Under the pieces are notes generated by a model. That model ran no database searches. It worked only from the letters and a program-made list of their open reading frames with translations, and was not told the origin of the DNA. The position numbers were made by a program, and so were the translations under genes. Positions 1 through 13,304 of a stretch of DNA of 64,000 nt are shown here, piece after piece. Position 1 is the stretch's first letter. Each line of letters opens with the position of its first letter. The DNA is from Phaeosaccion multiseriatum (taxonomy: Eukaryota; Protista; Ochrophyta, other classes): NCBI GenBank assembly GCA_965112735.1, contig OZ218954.1:1-64000 (forward strand), in the 5' to 3' direction.

Positions 1-3000
1 CTGGCCTGGCCTGGCCTGGCCTGGCCTGGCCTGGCCTGGCCTGGCCTGGCCTGGCCTGGCCTGGCCTGGCCTGGCCTGGCCTGGCCTGGCCTGGCCTGGC
101 CTGGCCTGGCCCTGGCCTGGCCTGGCCTGGCCCTGGCCTGGCCTGGCCTGGCCTGGCCTGGCCTGGCCTGGCCTGGCCTGGCCCTGGCCTGGCCTGGCTG
201 GGCCTGGCCCTGGCCTGGCCTGGCCCTGGCCCTGGCCCTGGCCTGGCCTGGCCTGGCTGGCCTGGCCTGGCCCTGGCCTGGCCTGGCCCTGGCTGGCCTG
301 GCCTACCTGGCCCTGGCCCTGGCCCTGGCCTGGCCTGGCCTGGCCTGGCCCTGGCCTGGCCTGGCCTGGCCTGGCCCTGGCCTGGCCTGGCCTGGCCTGG
401 CCTGGCCTGGCCTGGCCCTGGCCTGGCCTGGCCTGGCCTGGCCTGGCCTGGCCTGGCCTGGCCTGGCCTGGCCCTGGCCTGGCCTGGCCTGGCCTGGCCC
501 TGGCCTGGCCTGGCCTGGCCTGGCCTGGCCTGGCCTGGCCTGGCCTGGCCTGGCCTGGCCCTGGCCTGGCCTGGCCTGGCCTGGCCTGGCCTGGCCTGGC
601 CCCTGGCCTGGCCTGGCCCTGGCCCTGGCCTGGCCTGGCCTGGCCTGGCCTGGCCTGGCCTGGCCTGGCCTGGCCTGGCCTGGCCCTGGCCTGGCCTGGC
701 CCTGGCCTGGCCTGGCCCTGGCCCTGGCCTGGCCTGGCCCTGGCCTGGCCTGGCCTGGCCTGGCCCTGGCCTGGCCTGGCCTGGCCTGGCCTGGCCTGGC
801 CCTGGCCTGGCCCTGGCCTGGCCTGGCCTGGCCTGGCCTGGCCCTGGCCTGGCCTGGCCCTGGCCTGGCCTGGCCTGGCCTGGCCTGGCCTGGCCTGGCC
901 TGGCCTGGCCTGGCCTGGCCTGGCCTGGCCTGGCCTGGCCTGGCCTGGCCTGGCCTGGCCTGGCCTGGCCTGGCCTGGCCTGGCCTGGCCTGGCCTGGCC
1001 TGGCCTGGCCTGGCCTGGCCTGGCCTGGCCTGGCCTGGCCCTGGCCTGGCCTGGCCTGGCCTGGCCTGGCCTGGCCTGGCCTGGCCTGGCCTGGCCTGGC
1101 CTGGCCTGGCCTGGCCTGGCCTGGCCTGGCCTGGCCTGGCCTGGCCTGGCCTGGCCTGGCCTGGCCTGGCCTGGCCTGGCCTGGCCTGGCCTGGCCTGGC
1201 CTGGCCTGGCCTGGCCTGGCCTGGCCTGGCCTGGCCTGGCCTGGCCTGGCCTGGCCTGGCCTGGCCTGGCCTGGCCTGGCCTGGCCTGGCCTGGCCTGGC
1301 CTGGCCTGGCCTGGCCTGGCCTGGCCTGGCCTGGCCTGGCCTGGCCTGGCCTGGCCTGGCCTGGCCTGGCCTGGCCTGGCCTGGCCTGGCCTGGCCTGGC
1401 CTGGCCTGGCCTGGCCTGGCCTGGCCTGGCCTGGCCTGGCCTGGCCTGGCCTGGCCTGGCCTGGCCTGGCCTGGCCTGGCCTGGCCTGGCCTGGCCTGGC
1501 CTGGCCTGGCCTGGCCTGGCCTGGCCTGGCCTGGCCTGGCCTGGCCTGGCCTGGCCTGGCCTGGCCTGGCCTGGCCTGGCCTGGCCTGGCCTGGCCTGGC
1601 CTGGCCTGGCCTGGCCTGGCCTGGCCTGGCCTGGCCTGGCCTGGCCTGGCCTGGCCTGGCCTGGCCTGGCCTGGCCTGGCCTGGCCTGGCCTGGCCTGGC
1701 CTGGCCTGGCCTGGCCTGGCCTGGCCTGGCCTGGCCTGGCCTGGCCTGGCCTGGCCTGGCCTGGCCTGGCCTGGCCTGGCCTGGCCTGGCCTGGCCTGGC
1801 CTGGCCTGGCCTGGCCTGGCCTGGCCTGGCCTGGCCTGGCCTGGCCTGGCCTGGCCTGGCCTGGCCTGGCCTGGCCTGGCCTGGCCTGGCCTGGCCTGGC
1901 CTGGCCTGGCCTGGCCTGGCCTGGCCTGGCCTGGCCTGGCCTGGCCTGGCCTGGCCTGGCCTGGCCTGGCCTGGCCTGGCCTGGCCTGGCCTGGCCTGGC
2001 CTGGCCTGGCCTGGCCTGGCCTGGCCTGGCCTGGCCTGGCCTGGCCTGGCCTGGCCTGGCCTGGCCTGGCCTGGCCTGGCCTGGCCTGGCCTGGCCTGGC
2101 CTGGCCTGGCCTGGCCTGGCCTGGCCTGGCCTGGCCTGGCCTGGCCTGGCCTGGCCTGGCCTGGCCTGGCCTGGCCTGGCCTGGCCTGGCCTGGCCTGGC
2201 CTGGCCTGGCCTGGCCTGGCCTGGCCTGGCCTGGCCTGGCCTGGCCTGGCCTGGCCTGGCCTGGCCTGGCCTGGCCTGGCCTGGCCTGGCCTGGCCTGGC
2301 CTGGCCTGGCCTGGCCTGGCCTGGCCTGGCCTGGCCTGGCCTGGCCTGGCCTGGCCTGGCCTGGCCTGGCCTGGCCTGGCCTGGCCTGGCCTGGCCTGGC
2401 CTGGCCTGGCCTGGCCTGGCCTGGCCTGGCCTGGCCTGGCCTGGCCTGGCCTGGCCTGGCCTGGCCTGGCCTGGCCTGGCCTGGCCTGGCCTGGCCTGGC
2501 CTGGCCTGGCCTGGCCTGGCCTGGCCTGGCCTGGCCTGGCCTGGCCTGGCCTGGCCTGGCCTGGCCTGGCCTGGCCTGGCCTGGCCTGGCCTGGCCTGGC
2601 CTGGCCTGGCCTGGCCTGGCCTGGCCTGGCCTGGCCTGGCCTGGCCTGGCCTGGCCTGGCCTGGCCTGGCCTGGCCTGGCCTGGCCTGGCCTGGCCTGGC
2701 CTGGCCTGGCCTGGCCTGGCCTGGCCTGGCCTGGCCTGGCCTGGCCTGGCCTGGCCTGGCCTGGCCTGGCCTGGCCTGGCCTGGCCTGGCCTGGCCTGGC
2801 CTGGCCTGGCCTGGCCTGGCCTGGCCTGGCCTGGCCTGGCCTGGCCTGGCCTGGCCTGGCCTGGCCTGGCCTGGCCTGGCCTGGCCTGGCCTGGCCTGGC
2901 CTGGCCTGGCCTGGCCTGGCCTGGCCTGGCCTGGCCTGGCCTGGCCTGGCCTGGCCTGGCCTGGCCTGGCCTGGCCTGGCCTGGCCTGGCCTGGCCTGGC

Positions 3001-5586
3001 CTGGCCTGGCCTGGCCTGGCCTGGCCTGGCCTGGCCTGGCCTGGCCTGGCCTGGCCTGGCCTGGCCTGGCCTGGCCTGGCCTGGCCTGGCCTGGCCTGGC
3101 CTGGCCTGGCCTGGCCTGGCCTGGCCTGGCCTGGCCTGGCCTGGCCTGGCCTGGCCTGGCCTGGCCTGGCCTGGCCTGGCCTGGCCTGGCCTGGCCTGGC
3201 CTGGCCTGGCCTGGCCTGGCCTGGCCTGGCCTGGCCTGGCCTGGCCTGGCCTGGCCTGGCCTGGCCTGGCCTGGCCTGGCCTGGCCTGGCCTGGCCTGGC
3301 CTGGCCTGGCCTGGCCTGGCCTGGCCTGGCCTGGCCTGGCCTGGCCTGGCCTGGCCTGGCCTGGCCTGGCCTGGCCTGGCCTGGCCTGGCCTGGCCTGGC
3401 CTGGCCTGGCCTGGCCTGGCCTGGCCTGGCCTGGCCTGGCCTGGCCTGGCCTGGCCTGGCCTGGCCTGGCCTGGCCTGGCCTGGCCTGGCCTGGCCTGGC
3501 CTGGCCTGGCCTGGCCTGGCCTGGCCTGGCCTGGCCTGGCCTGGCCTGGCCTGGCCTGGCCTGGCCTGGCCTGGCCTGGCCTGGCCTGGCCTGGCCTGGC
3601 CTGGCCTGGCCTGGCCTGGCCTGGCCTGGCCTGGCCTGGCCTGGCCTGGCCTGGCCTGGCCTGGCCTGGCCTGGCCTGGCCTGGCCTGGCCTGGCCTGGC
3701 CTGGCCTGGCCTGGCCTGGCCTGGCCTGGCCTGGCCTGGCCTGGCCTGGCCTGGCCTGGCCTGGCCTGGCCTGGCCTGGCCTGGCCTGGCCTGGCCTGGC
3801 CTGGCCTGGCCTGGCCTGGCCTGGCCTGGCCTGGCCTGGCCTGGCCTGGCCTGGCCTGGCCTGGCCTGGCCTGGCCTGGCCTGGCCTGGCCTGGCCTGGC
3901 CTGGCCTGGCCTGGCCTGGCCTGGCCTGGCCTGGCCTGGCCTGGCCTGGCCTGGCCTGGCCTGGCCTGGCCTGGCCTGGCCTGGCCTGGCCTGGCCTGGC
4001 CTGGCCTGGCCTGGCCTGGCCTGGCCTGGCCCTGGCCTGGCCTGGCCTGGCCTGGCCTGGCCTGGCCTGGCCTGGCCTGGCCTGGCCTGGCCTGGCCTGG
4101 CCTGGCCTGGCCTGGCCTGGCCTGGCCTGGCCTGGCCTGGCCTGGCCTGGCCTGGCCTGGCCTGGCCTGGCCTGGCCTGGCCTGGCCTGGCCTGGCCTGG
4201 CCTGGCCTGGCCTGGCCTGGCCTGGCCTGGCCTGGCCTGGCCTGGCCTGGCCTGGCCTGGCCTGGCCTGGCCTGGCCTGGCCTGGCCTGGCCTGGCCTGG
4301 CCTGGCCTGGCCTGGCCTGGCCTGGCCTGGCCTGGCCTGGCCTGGCCTGGCCTGGCCTGGCCTGGCCTGGCCTGGCCTGGCCTGGCCTGGCCTGGCCTGG
4401 CCTGGCCTGGCCTGGCCTGGCCTGGCCTGGCCTGGCCTGGCCTGGCCTGGCCTGGCCTGGCCTGGCCTGGCCTGGCCTGGCCTGGCCTGGCCTGGCCTGG
4501 CCTGGCCTGGCCTGGCCTGGCCTGGCCTGGCCTGGCCTGGCCTGGCCTGGCCTGGCCTGGCCTGGCCTGGCCTGGCCTGGCCTGGCCTGGCCTGGCCTGG
4601 CCTGGCCTGGCCTGGCCTGGCCTGGCCTGGCCTGGCCTGGCCTGGCCTGGCCTGGCCTGGCCTGGCCTGGCCTGGCCTGGCCTGGCCTGGCCTGGCCTGG
4701 CCTGGCCTGGCCTGGCCTGGCCTGGCCTGGCCTGGCCTGGCCTGGCCTGGCCTGGCCTGGCCTGGCCTGGCCTGGCCTGGCCTGGCCTGGCCTGGCCTGG
4801 CCTGGCCTGGCCTGGCCTGGCCTGGCCTGGCCTGGCCTGGCCTGGCCTGGCCTGGCCTGGCCTGGCCTGGCCTGGCCTGGCCTGGCCTGGCCTGGCCTGG
4901 CCTGGCCTGGCCTGGCCTGGCCTGGCCTGGCCTGGCCTGGCCTGGCCTGGCCTGGCCTGGCCTGGCCTGGCCTGGCCTGGCCTGGCCTGGCCTGGCCTGG
5001 CCTGGCCTGGCCTGGCCTGGCCTGGCCTGGCCTGGCCTGGCCTGGCCTGGCCTGGCCTGGCCTGGCCTGGCCTGGCCTGGCCTGGCCTGGCCTGGCCTGG
5101 CCTGGCCTGGCCTGGCCTGGCCTGGCCTGGCCTGGCCTGGCCTGGCCTGGCCTGGCCTGGCCTGGCCTGGCCTGGCCTGGCCTGGCCTGGCCTGGCCTGG
5201 CCTGGCCTGGCCTGGCCTGGCCTGGCCTGGCCTGGCCTGGCCTGGCCTGGCCTGGCCTGGCCTGGCCTGGCCTGGCCTGGCCTGGCCTGGCCTGGCCTGG
5301 CCTGGCCTGGCCTGGCCTGGCCTGGCCTGGCCTGGCCTGGCCTGGCCTGGCCTGGCCTGGCCTGGCCTGGCCTGGCCTGGCCTGGCCTGGCCTGGCCTGG
5401 CCTGGCCTGGCCTGGCCTGGCCTGGCCTGGCCTGGCCTGGCCTGGCCTGGCCTGGCCTGGCCTGGCCTGGCCTGGCCTGGCCTGGCCTGGCCTGGCCTGG
5501 CCTGGGCCTGGCCTGGCCTGGCCTGGCCTGGCCTGGCCTGGCCTGGCCTGGCCTGGCCTGGCCTGGCCTGGCCTGGCCTGGCCTGG
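1..5586. repeat. (CCTGG)n pentamer array with interspersed CCCTGG variants; candidate terminal/telomeric repeat
   Basis: Uninterrupted CCTGG units from base 1. CCCTGG variants are concentrated in the first ~1 kb. The array joins directly onto a truncated retrotransposon at ~5590. Confidence 0.95.
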
Positions 5587-5589
5587 GGC

Positions 5590-8500
5590 TGGGCAGTACC
5601 GGATGTGGTATCGAGGCAGACCCATCTGGTAGTCCTTGCGGCTGGCCACTCACCCCATCAACGAACGGCTTGGTGAGGTCCCTATCGTACGCCCCTTGCT
5701 TGAACTCCACTCCCCCGCCTCTGACCCTCGGCACATCCAGATACACCGTGCTACGGCGCATCACCGCGTAGTGCTCGTCGTTGAGTATGCCACCATGTCG
5801 CGCCTGGAAGGCCTGCTGTGTGGGCCAAGCCAGGACTTGGAACGGTCCGTCCCAAGTATGACTCAGCGCCTTGAGCGTCAGTGCCTTCTGCTCCTCCATG
5901 GCCTCACCCTCCTCCTGCGCCGCCCCCCCTGGACGGTACAACCACACCTTAGTGCCAGGAGGCATCGGCGCTGGCCAGCGACGCTCACGGTTCTTGAGCT
6001 GTAGCCTGCTGCGATACTCCTCGCGCCTGCCCGTCACCACCTGCGCCGCCGCTGCCATCCGCGCCCTCAGCTCGTGCACCCATGCCGAAGGCGTCTCGAA
6101 CGAGCCGTCCTCCTCGAGGGCAGGCAGCATCGCTTGAAGTGGAATCGGGGGGTGTCGACCGAAGAGAGTGTAGTACGGGGAGAGGCCTGTGGTCTTGTGA
6201 GCTCTGCAGTTGTACGCGTACGTGAGCGCGGGAACATACTCAGGCCACTGCTGCATCTGGGCCTCCACTGTCGTCGCCAGCATGTCCTTCATCGTGGCCA
6301 TGAAGCGCTCCACTTGCCCATTGGCTTGCTGATGCATCGGCGTAGTAAAGACTTGTGATGTCTGGAGTACGCGCAGCACATCGGCCATGAGCGTGCTCGT
6401 GAACTGCGACCCTTGGTCACTGACCAGCACCTTGGGCGCCCCCAGCACCGTCACTACGTGCCGCACGAATGCCCGAGCAATGCCCTCCGCTGTATAGTCC
6501 TTGGCGCACAATGGCACCACCACTGTCCATTTGGTGAACCAATCTTGAAACACCAAAATGTACTCCTCCCCCCCCATGGCCATGGGGAAAGGTCCTGCCA
6601 CGTCAGCACCCATAACCGCCCATGGCCCATTCACAGCCGCCGATGATATGGACGAGAGCGGAACCTGTGGAGGTCGCCTCCGTGGTGTCTTGCGTGTCTG
6701 GCACGCAAGACATGAACGGGCCCAGTACAGCGCATGCCCGTTCATGGAGGGCCACCACACTCGCTCCTGCAGCGCGTCCAGCATCCGCCCTGGCCCGTGA
6801 TGGCCGCCTGAGACCGCATCGCCGTGCGTGGCATGTAGTAGGGCCGGCCTGAGCGCCTTGGGGACGCAGAGCTGCAACCTCGTTCGCTCTACCCGCCACC
6901 GTCGCCCCCCGGGGGCCCACTTGCGGCGAAGGACGCCATCGCCATCGAGAGAGAACTCCCCCCCGCCCGCATCGAACACCCCCTCGCCCGGGGAGGCTGC
7001 CAAGACCTTCTGACGCCACCCCTCCAACTCAGCGTCCTGCTGCTGCGCCTTCACCCACCACGCGGGCTGGTAAGTCCGAGCCCCATGCAATATGCGGGCT
7101 GCGCACGACTGCTCACCCACTGCCGGGGGAACACCAGGGAGGGACCACCCAAATTGCCGCGTGGCAGCCTGCCTTGCGGCCTCCACGTCTGCCAGCGCTG
7201 CTGCCTCGCTCGCCGCAGCCGCATGGGCATCGGTGTCAGCCGCTGGAGTCGCTCCAGCCTCTCGTCCCTCCACCCCCGTGGCCGAGCCGCCAACTGTGAG
7301 TCCGCCGCCTCCTCCTCCTCCTCCTCCGCCTCCTCCTCCTCCTCCTCCTCCTCCTCCTCCTCCTCCTCCTCCTCCTCCGCCGCCGCCGCTGCCGCCGCCT
7401 TCAACCCCGCCTCCGCCGCCTGCACCACCCGCACCGTCACCGCCGCCGGCTGTGGCGTCTGCTGGGGCCGCGGTCGGTGTGCGCTCCGCCTCCACCGTCG
7501 ATGCACCCACCACGCCCGCGGCCTCGACGGCGGCAGGGATGTCCCACGCCACACCTTGGGTTTGCCACTGCTGCTGGGCCTCTGTGGGGGTCACCATGGT
7601 GTAGTAGCCGCCCGTATCTGCGGCGATGGCACTCCACGTCTTCTCAATCATAACCGCTCGAGGTAGTGACAGCTTGCCACGCCTCCGCGCCGCGGCCGGC
7701 CGATAGCGCGCCCTGAACTGCTCCACCTCGGCCATGAGCTCCGTCCAGGTCCACTGGGGGTGGCGGTAAGACAGAAGAATCAGATCAATCATCTCCACTG
7801 ACTTAGCTGTCGCTGAGAAAATGAAGAGTGGGCTGGCGTGCTCCCGATCGGCCCAATACCCCACCCCAGCCGAGACGAACTGCCCTGCTTGCATGTCAGC
7901 GCGCGTCACACCCGACACCCCGCTATCCACTGCGCTCACTTCCACCGCCGATGGCACCGGACCGGCACAAGCCCGCATCCGCGGCAGCAACTGTAGTAAT
8001 GCTGCCACATCGTCGAAGGCATAGCTGAGCTGAGCCGCAGTGAGCTCCCGCTGAGTCCAGTCAGTCTTCTGCTCCTCCTTGCTCATAAAACGCTGCAGGA
8101 ACATACTAACCAGGTCCGCTAAGCCAATGGGACGGCAGTGCTCTGGCCACACCTCCTTGAATAGATGCGTCGTGTCGACCAAGTTGACGATGGCCCACAC
8201 ATGTGGCGCCAACGCCGGCCACTTCCCTAGTGCACGCTGGTCGTGACGCCAGTGATGCGCCAGCTTCATGATCCCCCCGTCGCCCCACAGCTCACTCAGC
8301 ACCGCCGCCAGAGCCTCCATCCCACCATTGCCACTCAAACTGTCCAAATCCACCCAGAACCCACAATCACGCTCCGAATTGGCGACGCCGCTATACTGGA
8401 CACCCAATTGCAGCAGCGACGCCGGACGAGGAGGGGTGCGTATCGCCCACTCCGAGTCCATGGCCACCACTGTCGCCTCCCGCAGTGACGCCCGCATGGC

Positions 8501-9340
8501 CCATACCTGCTCCTCCGTGCGTATGTACGTGCACCGATCTGCTGGCACGTGACTACGAAACGGCGGCAGCTGAGACCACTCCTCTATCACCTGTTTCTTC
8601 TCGTTGATGTGGGACAGGGTCACTGGAGCCCAACCACATTGCCGCATCTGCTCCACGTGCTGCACCCGAGCCGAACCTAAGCCGTCTGGCGTCTCGACCG
8701 CCACACTGTCCACGCACAGCGCCTCCAAACCTGCCGACGCCTGCTGTCGCGCCGTGACAGGCGAGAGTCCCTCCAAAGGCACTGACTGAGCCGCCACCGC
8801 CTCCCCTTGCAACTGCTGCACAGCTGCAACAAACCGCAGAACAGCCCCCTCCACCTGATCCTCCCACCCTAACGCGAGTGTGTCACCCACCACATCCACT
8901 AACGCCACCTCCACGCCCACCGCATCACACCACTCAGTCACTGGCAAGGGGTCGCGGGACAAGCAGTCAGGCACCACAAGCTCCCGCCCTGGCTTGTGGA
9001 CAAACTTGAGATGATGAGCAGAGAGCCGTTCATACCACCGAAAGAGCTTTGAGTTGGTGTCCTTGTGTGTCGCCAGCCACAGCAAGGGTTGGTGGTCCGT
9101 CACCACAGTGCAGGGATGGTGGCAAATGTACATGCTCAATTTGCGCACACACCAAACCACCGCCAAGAGCTCGAGCTCCGTACTGCCGAGCCGAGCCTCC
9201 GTAGGGGTAGTGGCACGACTGATGAACGTAACGACTCGCTCCACCCCCTCGGCATCCCGCTGCGATAGCACACCCCCTAAGCCGTCTGCTGAAGCGTCGG
9301 TGCTCAGCGTGAACACCGATTCCGAGCCGTAGTGCGGGAA
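5590..9340 (-). mobile_element. Truncated Ty3/Gypsy pol fragment (RNase H, DEDDy exonuclease, integrase), inverted sibling of the element at 19488-32786
   Basis: The reverse complement aligns by eye with ~28362-32120 (LSTDASADG, VVAMDSEW, GADVAGP, SDQGSQF). Scattered substitutions and a different GGA-repeat block show it is an independent copy. It is cut at the CCTGG array and at a hairpin element. Confidence 0.93.
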
Positions 9341-9698
9341 TGTTAGAAGTCGTACTTTTGCTAGACTGATACCTGCCCTCTGAATTCAGACCGGGAGGTA
9401 TCAGTCTAGCAAAAGTACGACTTCTAACAAGACCGTTGCTAGAAGACGAACCCCCCCCCCCACCGCACATAGTGAAGAGAAGTAACTCGCAGTCTGAGAA
9501 TCAGCATCATGGGCCAGCAAGCTGGTAACAGTTTTCGCCGAAAAATACGCTTTTTCACAAGCGACAGCTAAGGTTCGAACTCACAACTAGCCTTGTTAGA
9601 AGTCGTACTTTTGCTAGACTGATACCTGCCCTCTGAATTAAGACCGGGAGGTATCAGTCTAGCAAAAGTACGACTTCTAACAAGACCGTTGCTAGAAG
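9341..9698. mobile_element. Hairpin-terminal mini-element, family 1 (hairpin 9341-9429, spacer, hairpin 9594-9682, start of next spacer)
   Basis: Two 89-bp copies of TGTTAGAAGTCGTACTTTTGCTAGACTGATACCT-loop-AGGTATCAGTCTAGCAAAAGTACGACTTCTAACA (34-bp perfect arms) flank a 164-bp spacer. Confidence 0.85.
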
Positions 9699-12600
9699 GA
9701 GGGAGGGAGGGAGAGAGGGAGGGAGGGAGGGAGGGAGGGAGGGCGGGAGGGAGGGAGGGAGGGAGGGCGGGAGGGAGGGAGGGAGGGAGGGAGGGAGGGA
9801 GGGAGGGAGGGAGGGAGGGAGGGAGGGAGGGAGGGAGGGAGGGAGGGAGGGAGGGAGGGAGGGAGGGAGGGAGGGAGGGAGGGAGGGAGGGAGGGAGGGA
9901 GGGAGGGAGGGAGGGAGGGAGGGAGGGAGGGAGGGAGGGAGGGAGGGAGGGAGGGAGGGAGGGAGGGAGGGAGGGAGGGAGGGAGGGAGGGAGGGAGGGA
10001 GGGAGGGAGGGAGGGAGGGAGGGAGGGAGGGAGGGAGGGAGGGAGGGAGGGAGGGAGGGAGGGAGGGAGGGAGGGAGGGAGGGAGGGAGGGAGGGAGGGA
10101 GGGAGGGAGGGAGGGAGGGAGGGAGGGAGGGAGGGAGGGAGGGAGGGAGGGAGGGAGGGAGGGAGGGAGGGAGGGAGGGAGGGAGGGAGGGAGGGAGGGA
10201 GGGAGGGAGGGAGGGAGGGAGGGAGGGAGGGAGGGAGGGAGGGAGGGAGGGAGGGAGGGAGGGAGGGAGGGAGGGAGGGAGGGAGGGAGGGAGGGAGGGA
10301 GGGAGGGAGGGAGGGAGGGAGGGAGGGAGGGAGGGAGGGAGGGAGGGAGGGAGGGAGGGAGGGAGGGAGGGAGGGAGGGAGGGAGGGAGGGAGGGAGGGA
10401 GGGAGGGAGGGAGGGAGGGAGGGAGGGAGGGAGGGAGGGAGGGAGGGAGGGAGGGAGGGAGGGAGGGAGGGAGGGAGGGAGGGAGGGAGGGAGGGAGGGA
10501 GGGAGGGAGGGAGGGAGGGAGGGAGGGAGGGAGGGAGGGAGGGAGGGAGGGAGGGAGGGAGGGAGGGAGGGAGGGAGGGAGGGAGGGAGGGAGGGAGGGA
10601 GGGAGGGAGGGAGGGAGGGAGGGAGGGAGGGAGGGAGGGAGGGAGGGAGGGAGGGAGGGAGGGAGGGAGGGAGGGAGGGAGGGAGGGAGGGAGGGAGGGA
10701 GGGAGGGAGGGAGGGAGGGAGGGAGGGAGGGAGGGAGGGAGGGAGGGAGGGAGGGAGGGAGGGAGGGAGGGAGGGAGGGAGGGAGGGAGGGAGGGAGGGA
10801 GGGAGGGAGGGAGGGAGGGAGGGAGGGAGGGAGGGAGGGAGGGAGGGAGGGAGGGAGGGAGGGAGGGAGGGAGGGAGGGAGGGAGGGAGGGAGGGAGGGA
10901 GGGAGGGAGGGAGGGAGGGAGGGAGGGAGGGAGGGAGGGAGGGAGGGAGGGAGGGAGGGAGGGAGGGAGGGAGGGAGGGAGGGAGGGAGGGAGGGAGGGA
11001 GGGAGGGAGGGAGGGAGGGAGGGAGGGAGGGAGGGAGGGAGGGAGGGAGGGAGGGAGGGAGGGAGGGAGGGAGGGAGGGAGGGAGGGAGGGAGGGAGGGA
11101 GGGAGGGAGGGAGGGAGGGAGGGAGGGAGGGAGGGAGGGAGGGAGGGAGGGAGGGAGGGAGGGAGGGAGGGAGGGAGGGAGGGAGGGAGGGAGGGAGGGA
11201 GGGAGGGAGGGAGGGAGGGAGGGAGGGAGGGAGGGAGGGAGGGAGGGAGGGAGGGAGGGAGGGAGGGAGGGAGGGAGGGAGGGAGGGAGGGAGGGAGGGA
11301 GGGAGGGAGGGAGGGAGGGAGGGAGGGAGGGAGGGAGGGAGGGAGGGAGGGAGGGAGGGAGGGAGGGAGGGAGGGAGGGAGGGAGGGAGGGAGGGAGGGA
11401 GGGAGGGAGGGAGGGAGGGAGGGAGGGAGGGAGGGAGGGAGGGAGGGAGGGAGGGAGGGAGGGAGGGAGGGAGGGAGGGAGGGAGGGAGGGAGGGAGGGA
11501 GGGAGGGAGGGAGGGAGGGAGGGAGGGAGGGAGGGAGGGAGGGAGGGAGGGAGGGAGGGAGGGAGGGAGGGAGGGAGGGAGGGAGGGAGGGAGGGAGGGA
11601 GGGAGGGAGGGAGGGAGGGAGGGAGGGAGGGAGGGAGGGAGGGAGGGAGGGAGGGAGGGAGGGAGGGAGGGAGGGAGGGAGGGAGGGAGGGAGGGAGGGA
11701 GGGAGGGAGGGAGGGAGGGAGGGAGGGAGGGAGGGAGGGAGGGAGGGAGGGAGGGAGGGAGGGAGGGAGGGAGGGAGGGAGGGAGGGAGGGAGGGAGGGA
11801 GGGAGGGAGGGAGGGAGGGAGGGAGGGAGGGAGGGAGGGAGGGAGGGAGGGAGGGAGGGAGGGAGGGAGGGAGGGAGGGAGGGAGGGAGGGAGGGAGGGA
11901 GGGAGGGAGGGAGGGAGGGAGGGAGGGAGGGAGGGAGGGAGGGAGGGAGGGAGGGAGGGAGGGAGGGAGGGAGGGAGGGAGGGAGGGAGGGAGGGAGGGA
12001 GGGAGGGAGGGAGGGAGGGAGGGAGGGAGGGAGGGAGGGAGGGAGGGAGGGAGGGAGGGAGGGAGGGAGGGAGGGAGGGAGGGAGGGAGGGAGGGAGGGA
12101 GGGAGGGAGGGAGGGAGGGAGGGAGGGAGGGAGGGAGGGAGGGAGGGAGGGAGGGAGGGAGGGAGGGAGGGAGGGAGGGAGGGAGGGAGGGAGGGAGGGA
12201 GGGAGGGAGGGAGGGAGGGAGGGAGGGAGGGAGGGAGGGAGGGAGGGAGGGAGGGAGGGAGGGAGGGAGGGAGGGAGGGAGGGAGGGAGGGAGGGAGGGA
12301 GGGAGGGAGGGAGGGAGGGAGGGAGGGAGGGAGGGAGGGAGGGAGGGAGGGAGGGAGGGAGGGAGGGAGGGAGGGAGGGAGGGAGGGAGGGAGGGAGGGA
12401 GGGAGGGAGGGAGGGAGGGAGGGAGGGAGGGAGGGAGGGAGGGAGGGAGGGAGGGAGGGAGGGAGGGAGGGAGGGAGGGAGGGAGGGAGGGAGGGAGGGA
12501 GGGAGGGAGGGAGGGAGGGAGGGAGGGAGGGAGGGAGGGAGGGAGGGAGGGAGGGAGGGAGGGAGGGAGGGAGGGAGGGAGGGAGGGAGGGAGGGAGGGA

Positions 12601-13162
12601 GGGAGGGAGGGAGGGAGGGAGGGAGGGAGGGAGGGAGGGAGGGAGGGAGGGAGGGAGGGAGGGAGGGAGGGAGGGAGGGAGGGAGGGAGGGAGGGAGGGA
12701 GGGAGGGAGGGAGGGAGGGAGGGAGGGAGGGAGGGAGGGAGGGAGGGAGGGAGGGAGGGAGGGAGGGAGGGAGGGAGGGAGGGAGGGAGGGAGGGAGGGA
12801 GGGAGGGAGGGAGGGAGGGAGGGAGGGAGGGAGGGAGGGAGGGAGGGAGGGAGGGAGGGAGGGAGGGAGGGAGGGAGGGAGGGAGGGAGGGAGGGAGGGA
12901 GGGAGGGAGGGAGGGAGGGAGGGAGGGAGGGAGGGAGGGAGGGAGGGAGGGAGGGAGGGAGGGAGGGAGGGAGGGAGGGAGGGAGGGAGGGAGGGAGGGA
13001 GGGAGGGAGGGAGGGAGGGAGGGAGGGAGGGAGGGAGGGAGGGAGGGAGGGAGGGAGGGAGGGAGGGAGGGAGGGAGGGAGGGAGGGAGGGAGGGAGGGA
13101 GGGAGGGAGGGAGGGAGCGAGGGAGGGAGGGAGCGAGGGAGGGAGGGAGGGAGGGAGGGAGG
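9699..13162. repeat. (GGGA)n tetranucleotide microsatellite, ~3.46 kb
   Basis: Near-perfect GGGA units. The two 1183-aa ORFs over it are repeat translations. Confidence 0.97.
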
Positions 13163-13240
13163 CTGGCTGCCAGGCTGGCTTTGGCGTTGCTATTGCCTTG
13201 TCCATGCGTCTACTCCTATCCTATGTGGAGAGCAACGTGA
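13161..13240. repeat. Fragment of the TIR element found at 39567-39931
   Basis: GGCTGGCTGCCAGGCTGGCTTTGGCGTTGCTATT...CTCCTATCCTA..GAGCAACGT matches 39591-39668 with a few substitutions. Confidence 0.75.
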
Positions 13241-13304
13241 CTCTTTACATTCGTACTCTCTAGGCAGAGGGTGGTAGCGTCCCAACATCGCAAACGGCGT
13301 CGGC

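Noticed and set aside
9654-13240. Two 1183-aa ORFs (PPSL / GGRE repeats)
   Set aside because: They are translations of the (GGGA)n microsatellite with no other coding signal.
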